Sequence record: KF147891.1 | Reading direction: 5' to 3' (one strand) | DNA: 64,000 bases | Source of the DNA: Pseudomonas phage PaBG | Shown here: positions 27,559 to 37,255 of the stretch, in pieces | Layout of the letters: the number at the start of each line of letters is the position of its first letter | How positions within the stretch are numbered: the first letter of the stretch is position 1 | Program-made: the position numbers and the translations under genes | Notes under the pieces: generated by a model | Databases searched by the model: none | Told to the model about the DNA's origin: nothing | Seen by the model: the letters and a program-made list of their open reading frames with translations, nothing else

Positions 27559-27603
27559 CGCAAACTGTAAATGCTATCCAGACATGGATTAGAGGTGTTT
27601 GGT

Positions 27604-30600
27604 ATGCCTAAGTGCGATCATGTCGAGTTGGACTACAAATACTCCAAGAAGTTTCGCAGAGTCGAGAACAACTTCGGGTATGTCCGCTTGGCCAAATCGG
27701 TAGTCAAGAAGCCCAAGGGCAAGATTCTGTTTGTGTTGGACTACGTTCCGACCGAAGACCTGCGCAGTGGCCGTATGCTCAGCGGTGCCACTGGCCAACT
27801 GTTCGATAACGTCATCAAAGTAGCCGAGCAGTATTACAACAGCGACCACGAACTCGCCGATTATTCGTGGCTGGCAATATCGTTCCACGCGTTCAAGACG
27901 GCAGGCCAACCCGAGCAGTTTCGCTCTGACGCCAAGCTGGAGTTTGCGGAGCGCCTGAATTTCATCATCACCGAATACAAGCCAGATGTCGTAGTGACCT
28001 TCGGACAAGACCCGTACAAGGCACTGAACGGCGAGTTGATTGCCTCGAAGTACCGCGACCGAAAGGGTATCCACTACGAGCACTTCTACGGCGTACCAAT
28101 CGAGACGACCGTAAGCAAGGGTGAGAAGTCGCACACGTTCAAGCACGTTCCGACGCTCAGCCTGAACACCCTGGTAAACGCCAGCGGCAAAGGCGAGCCA
28201 ATGTACCTCGCTGGGTATGTTGCGCGTAACCTGATGACTGCGCTGTATGGCGGCGAGTTGCGGTACAAGATTCCTGAGTTGAAGTACAAGGTCAGGCTGG
28301 TCGACACTATCGACAAGTTTGACGAAATGCTCGACACGATCACCGAAGCCAAGGAAGTGGCAATCGACACGGAGACCAAGAACCTCATGCGGATCACAAA
28401 CCGCATGTTGACGATTCAGTTTGCCGTGGATGAAAAGGCTGCGTACATTCTGCCCATCGGACACAAGGACAGTCCTTGGTTGCCCGACGAGTTGAAGTAC
28501 ATCAAGAAGAAGTTGCGCCTGTACTTCGAGCGCAAGAACAAGAACAAGCAGCACATCTACGCCAACGCCGTGTTCGACCTGAACAGGATTCGCGTGGACC
28601 TTGGAGTTCGCCATTTCAAGAATGCTGTCTGGGACGTGTTCGCTGGTGAGTTCGGGCACGACGAAAACATGAAGGTGTTGGAGGGTATCACTGGCGGTAC
28701 CTACTACACCCTGCTCAACATTTGTATGCAGTACGGTTGTACCGCGTACTACGAGTCCGACTTCGGTAAGGACAAGCGGGCAACCATCGAACAGGCCGAC
28801 TTGGATAAGTCCCTGCTCAATTACTGCGCACTGGACGTCGTTACGCTCATCCACATCAAGCGCCTGCAGATTCAGCGCGGTAAGGACTACGGCTACAAGA
28901 AGTACCAGAGCATCGTGAAAGAGCAGATCAGTGATATGCTCCACGTGTTCTCGTGCCTTGAGGTCAACGGGTGCAAGACGGACATCAACTGGCTGTTCTA
29001 CCTGAAGTCCAAAGACAGCCCGATCTTGAAGCACCGTGCCGACGTCATCAAGGCACTCAACGAGACCAAGGGCGTACAGCGCGCCAACGCCAAGATGTCG
29101 AAGCAGTCTGGCGCGCCGCAACTCGGCCTGTTTGGAAAGACCAAGCTCAACATCTTCGACATCGGCAAGAAGGCACACTTGAACATGCTCATGTTCGACG
29201 TGCTCAAGCTCAAGCCGCTGTCTACGGGTAAGGGCGGTCAGGGCAACATCGACAAGGACTTCCAGAAGAAGTATGCGGACATACCGGAAGTGGCTCTGTA
29301 CAACGAGCTACAGAAGGTCAAGAAAATCTACAACAGCTATGTCAAGGCGTTTGTCAAGCAATGGGGTTCCGACTCCGACATGCGCTCCGACTCCTGCATT
29401 CGTCCGTTCTTCCAGTTCCGAGACGTGGTAACAGGCCGTACCTCGGCGAAGAAACCATCGCTGCACCAAATCCCAAGCAGAAACGAAATCACGGAGTTCA
29501 TCAAGAAGATGTTCCCCGGCCGTGCCGACTTGGGTAAGATCATCAAGCGCCTGTTCATTGCGGACAAGGGTCGCCTGATCTTGAAGATCGACTATGCGGC
29601 ACACGAAGTTCGTGGTTGGTCGATCATCACTGGTGACCAAGAAGTGGCAGACCTGTTCTGGCACGGCTTGCGTATGCGTAACCAGTACAAGCTCTACCCA
29701 ACGGAAGAGCTGGCGAAAAAGATTGACATGGAAGGTGACGTCCATAAGATCAACGCCGCGTACTTCTTCGGTATGAAGATCGAGGACGTAGATAAGCCGA
29801 AGCGTAACAGCGTTAAGCAGGTAATCTTCGGTCTGATTTACCAGCAGGGCATGGAGGGTGTTGCCAAGTCCACAGGGCAAACCCTTGAGGCGATCAAGTC
29901 TCTGGTCAAGGCGTTCTTCAAGCGCTTCCCGATCGGTGCTGGCTGGTTCGACAAGATCAAGGAGAAAGCTGCCAAGCAGTTGTATGTCGAATCGCCCCTG
30001 GGCCGTCGCCGTAACCTGTGGGCATTCCTGATCCCGAAAGATGCCAAGTCGTTCGAGGGTGTCTACGCTGCCACTGGCCGTCGTGCTGTGAACTCGCCAA
30101 TTCAGGGCATGGGTTCTGACTTCCTGGTGTCTGGCGCTCGGGAAATCGAGAACATGAAGTATGCCCACTACCGCGAGACTGGCCACTACCCGGACTTCTA
30201 CATGTGCAACTCTGTACACGACTCCTTGGAGTTTAGCGTTGCGTATGAGGACGTTTGGCTTGCGATTCGGATGATCGAACACGGCCTGACTTACGGCGTC
30301 ATGAGTGTCATGGAGAAACGTCATGGTCTGCGCTTCCCAGTGCCGCTGGAAATCGACTTTGAAATCGGCGCCAACATCCGTGACTGCAAAGGCTGGGATT
30401 ACAGCCTTGCCAATCTGGATGAGTTGATCGAAAAAGCTCTGGTACAGCAGCGCGATGAATTCGGCTACGAAGTGGACGTTGAGAAGACACTCAAGCAGAT
30501 CACCCGTGGTCAGTACGAGCACATGCCTGACTGGGCCAAGAAGCAAGCCTGGAACCTGAAACTCAAGATGAAGGGTATGAAGAAAGACCCGCGTGCCGCC

Positions 30601-30702
30601 GACGAAGTCTTCACAGCGAAGACTGCGAAAGCCGCCATCGAGAAATTCAACGCCAAGCCTAAGAAACCTGTGAAAGGCAAAGTCATGAAGGAGGCCGCAT
30701 GA
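27604..30702 (+). CDS. family A DNA polymerase with 3'-5' exonuclease domain and an N-terminal degenerate UDG-like domain
   Basis: RBS GAGG. Exo I VAIDTETK, Exo II NAVFDLNRI, Exo III YCALDVVTL. Pol motif A KIDYAAHEVRGW, motif B KQVIFGLIYQQG, motif C VHDSLEF. N-terminal 200 aa: LFVLDYVPTEDLRSGRMLSGATGQLFD resembles UDG-family-4 motif A with GEAPG replaced by LDYVP; HVPTLSLN resembles the HPSPL motif B. Confidence 0.8.
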   Translation: MPKCDHVELDYKYSKKFRRVENNFGYVRLAKSVVKKPKGKILFVLDYVPTEDLRSGRMLSGATGQLFDNVIKVAEQYYNSDHELADYSWLAISFHAFKTAGQPEQFRSDAKLEFAERLNFIITEYKPDVVVTFGQDPYKALNGELIASKYRDRKGIHYEHFYGVPIETTVSKGEKSHTFKHVPTLSLNTLVNASGKGEPMYLAGYVARNLMTALYGGELRYKIPELKYKVRLVDTIDKFDEMLDTITEAKEVAIDTETKNLMRITNRMLTIQFAVDEKAAYILPIGHKDSPWLPDELKYIKKKLRLYFERKNKNKQHIYANAVFDLNRIRVDLGVRHFKNAVWDVFAGEFGHDENMKVLEGITGGTYYTLLNICMQYGCTAYYESDFGKDKRATIEQADLDKSLLNYCALDVVTLIHIKRLQIQRGKDYGYKKYQSIVKEQISDMLHVFSCLEVNGCKTDINWLFYLKSKDSPILKHRADVIKALNETKGVQRANAKMSKQSGAPQLGLFGKTKLNIFDIGKKAHLNMLMFDVLKLKPLSTGKGGQGNIDKDFQKKYADIPEVALYNELQKVKKIYNSYVKAFVKQWGSDSDMRSDSCIRPFFQFRDVVTGRTSAKKPSLHQIPSRNEITEFIKKMFPGRADLGKIIKRLFIADKGRLILKIDYAAHEVRGWSIITGDQEVADLFWHGLRMRNQYKLYPTEELAKKIDMEGDVHKINAAYFFGMKIEDVDKPKRNSVKQVIFGLIYQQGMEGVAKSTGQTLEAIKSLVKAFFKRFPIGAGWFDKIKEKAAKQLYVESPLGRRRNLWAFLIPKDAKSFEGVYAATGRRAVNSPIQGMGSDFLVSGAREIENMKYAHYRETGHYPDFYMCNSVHDSLEFSVAYEDVWLAIRMIEHGLTYGVMSVMEKRHGLRFPVPLEIDFEIGANIRDCKGWDYSLANLDELIEKALVQQRDEFGYEVDVEKTLKQITRGQYEHMPDWAKKQAWNLKLKMKGMKKDPRAADEVFTAKTAKAAIEKFNAKPKKPVKGKVMKEAA

Positions 30703-31028
30703 GTGGTGACCTGCAACACGCCGTCGATCTTTTGAACGAGGCAGTGGCGCTTGATCCGAAACTCTGGTCGCTGTTTGACGTGATGGTCCCTACGGCTACC
30801 GTCGTAGGGCTATCAACGCCTATCGAGTTGATGCAGGTCAATGATCGACTCGCCATGGCGAACGTGCTCGGAGTCCTGAACGGACTTCTTGCACCCAGTG
30901 CAAACGAGCGTATCAGCATTATCGTGGAAAACAAAAATGGACACACCCAACGCAAATTTTGCGTCACCGGGCTTGAACATTCCGCCGTGGGCGATGCTCA
31001 GCACCAGGATGTCGAAGGGTCTGTATAA
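30699..31028 (+). CDS. hypothetical small protein
   Basis: ATGA overlap with the polymerase stop. Overlaps the next ORF by about 90 nt, so the true extent is uncertain. Confidence 0.25.
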   Translation: MSGDLQHAVDLLNEAVALDPKLWSLFDVMVPTATVVGLSTPIELMQVNDRLAMANVLGVLNGLLAPSANERISIIVENKNGHTQRKFCVTGLEHSAVGDAQHQDVEGSV

Positions 31029-31350
31029 GCGCATTCTTGCCAGCCAGACCATAAGCCTGTCCAAGGGCGAATTGCAGCAATGGTTCGTTGAGTCGTGGAA
31101 TGCAACCTACGCCAACTTCACGCAGGTTGCAATCGCAATGTGTGAAGACACTACGTCGGCAGAGATTCTGATGCGCGCTGCCCGCGCCGTGTTTCTGGAA
31201 ATGCAAGTGCGATTCCCAGGACTTCACCGTTCTGGATACAACATGTACATGGCAGTGTCACCTCGCGGTAGAACCTGCCGTCTCTATTTAGACGTTGCGC
31301 CCAAGGGCGTGATCGTGACAGACGCTCCTGTTAATTGGACTCTGCACTAA
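30937..31350 (+). CDS. hypothetical protein
   Basis: The track ORF begins at 30889; the first ATG is at 30937 (MDTPNANF...). Confidence 0.3.
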   Translation: MDTPNANFASPGLNIPPWAMLSTRMSKGLYKRILASQTISLSKGELQQWFVESWNATYANFTQVAIAMCEDTTSAEILMRAARAVFLEMQVRFPGLHRSGYNMYMAVSPRGRTCRLYLDVAPKGVIVTDAPVNWTLH

Positions 31351-31360
31351 GGAACGAAAG

Positions 31361-32506
31361 ATGAAGATTTCCCAGAAGCCAAACCTCTCTTTCACTGCAC
31401 ATGCCAAAGAACTGCAATCGGCAATCAGCAAGGTGCAGAGCATCACCCAGTTCGTCGATTGCCTTGACACCGAGCGCAAGCATGCCCTGATCGTCGCTGA
31501 TGGCAAAGCCTACGTTGCAGGTATCACACCTGATGCGTTTGCGTGCCTCCAGATTGCCGACAGTATGGCTGACGCTGAGGGTAGCCTGGTGTTCGATCCG
31601 CAGACGGTCAACGGCCTTATCAAAGGTCGTGATGTTCTGAGCGTCGAAGGCAGCAAAGCGCAAGTCACGTTCAGTGCCGTGAAAGGTAAGTACACCGCCA
31701 AGACCGAACTCGCCTTGTTCGATGACGCCGACATGGTGCGCGTCAAGTCCGTGTTCGAGGCTCCCAAGGCGAAGAAGCTCAAGAATGCCGTCATCAACGC
31801 AATTCGCGCAGGCATCAAAGCGGCCGAACTCACCAACTTCTACTCGGACGAAGTGATCCTCGCTTTCGTCAAGGTTGGTGAGAAAGGCGTCACCATCGAG
31901 TGCGCGGACAACTTCCACATTTCCTGCTACCAGGACAAGACACCGAGCGACGCCAAGTTTCGCTTTGCCATTCCTGCCAAGACTTTCGGCCTGATCGACA
32001 AGTTCATCGGCGACGAAGACGCGCAGTTCAGTCTCGACGGTAGCCAATTGCGTGTCCACGGCAAAGGCTTCACTGTGAGTCTGCCGGAAACTCAAGCCGA
32101 CGAAAGCTACTTCGATTTGGTTCCGCAGTATCTGAAAGCCCTCACCGAGCCGAAGACCAAGATCAAGTTCAAGACCGAGGCGTTGAAGACGGTCGACAAC
32201 ATGTTCGCCATCATTACCGAAGATACCAAGATGGCGTTCTCCGTCGGCAAGAAGGGTGTCGAGATTCGCATGACCACACGTAGCGGCGAAGTCAGCGATG
32301 AGTTCAAGGCGGCCGTTGATGGCGAGAAGCGCACTGCGCATATCGATCCGCGCATCCTGAATGACCTGCTCAAGAAAGCCAAGGGTGATGAGATTCCGAT
32401 GGAGTTTTACGTCGGCAAGAAAGGCACCTCGTCGTGCTTCAAGATCATTTCCAAGCAGAGTGACACTGCGCGCCTTACTCAGATTGGTACCTTCTATGAC
32501 GAATGA
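31361..32506 (+). CDS. putative sliding clamp (DNA polymerase III beta / DnaN-like)
   Basis: RBS AAGGA. 381 aa, the usual beta-clamp length. Alternating-strand composition. FTVSLPETQADESYFDLVP resembles the DnaN LP..eFP segment. Encoded near the polymerase, in the same genome as a clamp loader. Confidence 0.45.
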   Translation: MKISQKPNLSFTAHAKELQSAISKVQSITQFVDCLDTERKHALIVADGKAYVAGITPDAFACLQIADSMADAEGSLVFDPQTVNGLIKGRDVLSVEGSKAQVTFSAVKGKYTAKTELALFDDADMVRVKSVFEAPKAKKLKNAVINAIRAGIKAAELTNFYSDEVILAFVKVGEKGVTIECADNFHISCYQDKTPSDAKFRFAIPAKTFGLIDKFIGDEDAQFSLDGSQLRVHGKGFTVSLPETQADESYFDLVPQYLKALTEPKTKIKFKTEALKTVDNMFAIITEDTKMAFSVGKKGVEIRMTTRSGEVSDEFKAAVDGEKRTAHIDPRILNDLLKKAKGDEIPMEFYVGKKGTSSCFKIISKQSDTARLTQIGTFYDE

Positions 32507-32933
32507 TGTCAGCCCGATCTTTAGTATCGCGGATGACATTGAAATCACCAGCAAGGGTGTAAATACCTTTGAGCGGCTGGGTGCTGCGCATGACGGTTAT
32601 CACATAGCCGTCTTCTTTCGCCCAGTCGTGCAGGCGTCACTCCGCATCGACCACAAGAACCCGATCATCCTGAACCGATTCTGCACGATGTACAACTTCG
32701 TGAACAATCGTGGTACCGTGTACGGGCACCTGTTCGTAGTGAACGAGACCAAGCTGGAGATCATCGACAACCGCATGATTATCCGTTGCAACCAGCGCGA
32801 AAAGTACGACTTCGAGGCGCTGACCTTGAGCAACGAGAAGACCAAACTGCTGTTCTTCAAAAGCAGCTCAGGCTGCCTGCTGGTGCTCAGCGCTGGCAAC
32901 GAACAGTCCGAATACCTTATCAAGGAGGCGTAA
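32496..32933 (+). CDS. hypothetical protein
   Basis: The first ATG (MTNDVSPIF...) overlaps the clamp stop; the track ORF extends upstream to 32361. Confidence 0.3.
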   Translation: MTNDVSPIFSIADDIEITSKGVNTFERLGAAHDGYHIAVFFRPVVQASLRIDHKNPIILNRFCTMYNFVNNRGTVYGHLFVVNETKLEIIDNRMIIRCNQREKYDFEALTLSNEKTKLLFFKSSSGCLLVLSAGNEQSEYLIKEA

Positions 32934-33464
32934 ATGGACAAAGAGGATTTGGATCATCTGCGTCGAATCGTCAAGCGCGATGAGAAGTACAAGCGCTTCA
33001 AGGCCGCTGTCGATAAGAACCCGAACCTGCAATTGGCGTTCGAGGACCTGCACGATGAGATTGATCGGATGCAGCGCACGCGCTCCGTCCGCTCTCTGAA
33101 TCGCAAGGACAAGGACTTCACCAACTCCGTGATCGATGCGATGCTCATGGACGTTCGCTACCGGGGTCGCCTTGCTGAGATTCTTGCATCTTGTCTGGCT
33201 ATCACAGGAGGTTTTCAGGAGACGTTGCTTAACCTGCGTGATTACCTGCTGCTTGAGTACAGCGGCCGCCTTGGCAAGCATCGCACAACGAAAGACGAGC
33301 GGCGCAATTTCATGGAGAACGTCCTCCGTCCGTTCTTCCGTTACATCCACAAGGTGGAGCAACTGAAAGCCCACGCTGAGTTGATCGTCGCTGACATCGA
33401 CAAGACCAGCTATACCTACACCAACCTGGTAGCTGCCATCAAGCTGTTGGGGAAAGGCGAGTAA
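32934..33464 (+). CDS. hypothetical protein (176 aa)
   Basis: Strong RBS AGGAGG; ATG right after the upstream stop. Confidence 0.35.
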   Translation: MDKEDLDHLRRIVKRDEKYKRFKAAVDKNPNLQLAFEDLHDEIDRMQRTRSVRSLNRKDKDFTNSVIDAMLMDVRYRGRLAEILASCLAITGGFQETLLNLRDYLLLEYSGRLGKHRTTKDERRNFMENVLRPFFRYIHKVEQLKAHAELIVADIDKTSYTYTNLVAAIKLLGKGE

Positions 33465-33471
33465 CTCGAAC

Positions 33472-35067
33472 ATGGCTGACATTATTGTCCGTGAGCGCAT
33501 GTACATCCCCAGCTATCTGGTGGATGAGCGCGACGTGAAGAAAAGGTACGTCCATCGGTTTTACGAGGAGTCGGCCTGTCGAAAATGTGATAACCGTTCC
33601 GAGCGGCACAACTACGTCTGCCAGAAGTGCCCGGCGTACACTGGCAAGAACGTCACCGTCAATGAGAAGATCGTCGATGGCGTTCACTACTACGGCATCC
33701 CATTGGGTGAACGCAAGAACCTGAAAGCTCATCTTGGTATCAAACCCAAGCGCCATACCTTCATCGACCTGCGCACAAAAGCAAAGCGCCGCTACGATGT
33801 CCGCATGGTGAACTTCAAGCCGTTCGATTACCAAGAACCTGCTGTCGAAAAGCTCGGCGATGCAGGTTTTGGCATTCTCAAAGCGCCGCCACGTTCCGGT
33901 AAGACTCCGACCATGCTCTACACGGGCATCAAGAAGTTCCCGTACCGCATCTGCATCATCGCTGACCAGAAGGAGTTCCTCGATCAGTTTCTGGCACACG
34001 TCGAGGAATTTACCAACCTGCCGCAGCTGGAGAAGAAGTACAAGAAGAAACTCTATGGTTACGGCAAGAAGCCCGAGGACTTCAAGAACTTCGAGATTAT
34101 CGTCTGCACCTACCAGACGTTCCTGAGCGAGAAAGGCAAGAAGCTGCTCAAGCTCCTGAACAAGAACTACGGCACTGTGTTCGTGGACGAGGTGCATTCC
34201 TCAGGTGCATTGAAATACTCCGAGTTCCTGAATGAGCTGGCAATGCGTGTGCGTATCGGTGCGACCGGTACCGACGACCGCAAGGACGGCAAGTACAAGA
34301 TCGTCGAACAGATCATGGGGCCCGTCACTGCGCTGATCGAACGTGACCAGTTGCAGGCGCAAGTCTTCGTGCATCCGTTGGACTTCGTGAAGTCCAAGAG
34401 CCAGTACAAAGGCCGCGCTGGCTTCACCTATTGTGTGAACTTCCTGAGTAAACACAAGAAGCGCAACCAGTTCATCGTTGACTGGGTGATGAAAGACTTG
34501 GAGAAAGGGCACAACCTGTTGATCCCTGTGTTCCGTAAAGAGCACGTCTGGGAACTGGTCAAGATGATCAACGACGAGGCTGGCAAGAAGATTGCTGATG
34601 GCTTCGTTGGTGGTGCCAAGAACAAGAAGGACATCGAGCGCAGACGTGAGGTACTGGAGAAGGCCAAGTCCGGCAAGATTCGCGTGGTCATCGGCATTCG
34701 CTCGCTGATGCAACGCGGCCTGAACGTCCCTCGCTGGAGCATGATCTACGGCGTCATGCCTATCAACAACGAACCAAACTGGAAGCAAGAGTCGTCGCGT
34801 GTGCTCACCCCGTTCGAAGGTAAGCGCAAGCCCGGCATCCGGCTCTTTGTGGACGAGCACATTGGGTTGACCTTGGGTTGCTTTGCTGGCACGTACAAGC
34901 AATGCCTCAAGTTCAAGCACAAGCCAACTGAGGTGGCAAGTGAACGAGCAATCAAACTCTTGGAGAAGCACCAAAGCCGCCGCGGTGGACGAGGCGGTGA
35001 CTTCATGGAGGACACCAAAGCAGTGCGATCAACCCCGAGAGCACTCGGCCGTCCATTCGGAGATTAA
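33472..35067 (+). CDS. superfamily 2 DEAD/DEAH-box helicase with an N-terminal Zn-ribbon
   Basis: CRKC ... CQKC zinc ribbon. Walker A APPRSGKT. DEVH box VFVDEVHS. Motif III GATGT. Motif VI-like QRGLNVPRWS. Confidence 0.7.
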   Translation: MADIIVRERMYIPSYLVDERDVKKRYVHRFYEESACRKCDNRSERHNYVCQKCPAYTGKNVTVNEKIVDGVHYYGIPLGERKNLKAHLGIKPKRHTFIDLRTKAKRRYDVRMVNFKPFDYQEPAVEKLGDAGFGILKAPPRSGKTPTMLYTGIKKFPYRICIIADQKEFLDQFLAHVEEFTNLPQLEKKYKKKLYGYGKKPEDFKNFEIIVCTYQTFLSEKGKKLLKLLNKNYGTVFVDEVHSSGALKYSEFLNELAMRVRIGATGTDDRKDGKYKIVEQIMGPVTALIERDQLQAQVFVHPLDFVKSKSQYKGRAGFTYCVNFLSKHKKRNQFIVDWVMKDLEKGHNLLIPVFRKEHVWELVKMINDEAGKKIADGFVGGAKNKKDIERRREVLEKAKSGKIRVVIGIRSLMQRGLNVPRWSMIYGVMPINNEPNWKQESSRVLTPFEGKRKPGIRLFVDEHIGLTLGCFAGTYKQCLKFKHKPTEVASERAIKLLEKHQSRRGGRGGDFMEDTKAVRSTPRALGRPFGD

Positions 35068-35447
35068 GCTGGTAGTTCATGAGGCCAAGATTCATCTTGG
35101 GCCCTCAGGACTCAAAGAGTACCACGGTCGTCAAGAGACGGCCGTGCTTGCCGGCATACTGCACAAGTCCGCATGTCGGCATAAGGTCTGGCGCCGCGTA
35201 GTCGCCAACGCCGTCGAGACGGAAAACTCCGTGTTGCTGCTCGAAGGGCCTGAGGCCAGATTCGAGGCCGACAAGGTGTGCAAGTACGTCAAAGGTGATG
35301 TGGACGTGATGTCACCTGCTGAGTACCTGCAATCTGTAAACAGAGCAAAGATAGTCTTCTGTCCAGTCGCACCCAGTATGATCAAGGCATATCCAGACCT
35401 GATCAACGTGTTGCTGGACGCTAACGAATTGCATACGATACTCTCCT

Positions 35448-36257
35448 ATGACCAAGCGCAGGAAAGATTTCTTACAAGACTTAGACAACGAGCTGCAAAG
35501 CGTCGATCCCAAGTCTCTACGCTCATCTATCGCGAAGGAAGATGAGGTTGCCCTGAATTTCCGCTTCGATAACGTCCGCCAGAAGCTGCTCAAGTCGCGT
35601 GGTGTTGACGGCTACCCGTTCAGTCTGGCGCGTTCCCCGTTTGTGTTGGAGGATGCCCTGGTGCGGATCAAGCCGATCGTCCTCGACGTTCAGGCCCTCG
35701 CAAAGAAGACCCAGAACGAACAGCGCGACGCCGTTGCCCTGCTCCAGTCCAAGCACGCCATCACGTGGTTGCCGGAAGAGTTTGTGATGCGCAGCGTGTC
35801 GATCAAGAAGCAGCTCGCCAACATCCACAAGGTGATGGAGAACCCGCTTCGTGGTAGTTACACGATGGCGATTGGCAGTTATCCGAGCGACACTAGAGCC
35901 AAGCTGCTGGCGCTAAACTTCATGGATCGTGCGATTACGGCACAGCAAGCCGGCCAGCATCGTGGACGTGCGTACCCACTCTGGCACACTCTCTACGGTA
36001 ACCAGTGGGACAGCCTGCGCGACGCCCGCGAGGAAGAGCATTTCAGTATGCTCATCATCACCAACGTCGGCATGGACAGCAGCACAACCAAGCTGGAGAA
36101 GCTGCGCGACTTGCTGGTGAAGTACGGTAACGTGCCAAAGATCGTCGTCGTCAACGGCTGCGATCCCGTGACCTTCTTCGCTGAGAAGGTGCGCCTACCC
36201 CTCAACTATGCGTTCTACCTGTCGGCGGAACAAAAAGCCTCTATCATGGACATCTAA
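35448..36257 (+). CDS. hypothetical protein (269 aa)
   Basis: Track ORF. The 380 nt between the helicase stop and this start is covered only by an overlapping alternative-frame ORF (34883-35545), so gene assignment there is unresolved. Confidence 0.35.
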   Translation: MTKRRKDFLQDLDNELQSVDPKSLRSSIAKEDEVALNFRFDNVRQKLLKSRGVDGYPFSLARSPFVLEDALVRIKPIVLDVQALAKKTQNEQRDAVALLQSKHAITWLPEEFVMRSVSIKKQLANIHKVMENPLRGSYTMAIGSYPSDTRAKLLALNFMDRAITAQQAGQHRGRAYPLWHTLYGNQWDSLRDAREEEHFSMLIITNVGMDSSTTKLEKLRDLLVKYGNVPKIVVVNGCDPVTFFAEKVRLPLNYAFYLSAEQKASIMDI

Positions 36258-36259
36258 AC

Positions 36260-37093
36260 ATGGGACCACAAGCCACGCTCCTGGATGAAATCGACGAAAT
36301 GATCGATGCCATCAAGCAAACGCACTCCAACATGGAGCGCGTGTATGCCGTCTACCTTCCGCACTTCCCGGAGCAGTCCAAGGTCATCGATGATCTGAAC
36401 CAGTTGATCAACGCCGCCGACAGTCCTGATTCCACGCCAGTTGCGCGTCACGATAAGTCAGGCGCCCTGGTCAAAGTGGACAGTGGCCTGAACATCGCAC
36501 AAGATGTCCAGCGTATCCGCGAACAGCAGCAGACGGTAGAGGCTGAACAGCCGAAGGAAAAGACGCAGGAGGAAATGAAGGAAGAGTGGGGCAGCATGGC
36601 GTTGCGCACCCTGTTCCGAAAGATCAACCAGCTCTGCCATCCTGACAAGTGCAAACGGTTCAGTCACATTGAGGTGAAGAAACTCCGCGAGGTGTTTGAC
36701 GACGCTCATCGCGCCTACGCCGACCGTGATCGATATACGCTGAATCTGCTGTTCATCCGTGCCTGCTACATCCGCGGAGAACTGGATCGCCTGCCTCGTG
36801 AAGTGGTGCAGGACATCCAGAAGCGCCACACCGATCTGGTGCTGGACTTCCAGGCTCTCGCCATGCACCCGTTGTATCAGGTGCTGTTTGCCCACATGCA
36901 AGGACAGCACTACACGGCCAAGATCAAGTTCGGTGAGTTTCTGGTTACGCACATCCAGCGGTTGAACGATGAGCTGGAGCGTGTCCGTAAACTCAACGCC
37001 GCGACCAAGGCCATGTTTGATGAACTACATGCCGCCCACGAGGAGAAGAAATTCAAAGATACCGTGGACATGGTCGAATCCTCTGCCGATTAA
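36260..37093 (+). CDS. J-domain (DnaJ-like) containing protein
   Basis: Central segment LRTLFRKINQLCHPDKCKRFSHIEVKKLREVFDDAHRAYAD matches J-domain helix II, the HPD loop and helix III. Confidence 0.5.
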   Translation: MGPQATLLDEIDEMIDAIKQTHSNMERVYAVYLPHFPEQSKVIDDLNQLINAADSPDSTPVARHDKSGALVKVDSGLNIAQDVQRIREQQQTVEAEQPKEKTQEEMKEEWGSMALRTLFRKINQLCHPDKCKRFSHIEVKKLREVFDDAHRAYADRDRYTLNLLFIRACYIRGELDRLPREVVQDIQKRHTDLVLDFQALAMHPLYQVLFAHMQGQHYTAKIKFGEFLVTHIQRLNDELERVRKLNAATKAMFDELHAAHEEKKFKDTVDMVESSAD

Positions 37094-37096
37094 CCC

Positions 37097-37130
37097 AAAC
37101 GGAGCCCATTGCGGCTCCGTTTTTCGTTTC
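37097..37130 (+). terminator. rho-independent terminator
   Basis: ACGGAGCC cattgc GGCTCCGT followed by TTTTTCGTTTCC. Confidence 0.6.
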
Positions 37131-37255
37131 CGTCAACCAGTTCGTTGGTGTGCTAATTTACTCCGTACAATGTCAGTCATGGTTTCGTTGTACCATAGAC
37201 GGTTGTCCAGTGTTTCCATACCAACTATACGAGAAACTGTTGACGGAGACCTAAC
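37131..37255 (+). promoter_or_regulatory. structured leader and candidate promoter for the tail sheath gene
   Basis: GTGTGCTAATTTAC at about 37149-37162, roughly 95 nt upstream of the start. Followed by the inverted repeats GTACAA ... TTGTAC and GGTTG ... CCAAC. RBS GGAG. Confidence 0.3.
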
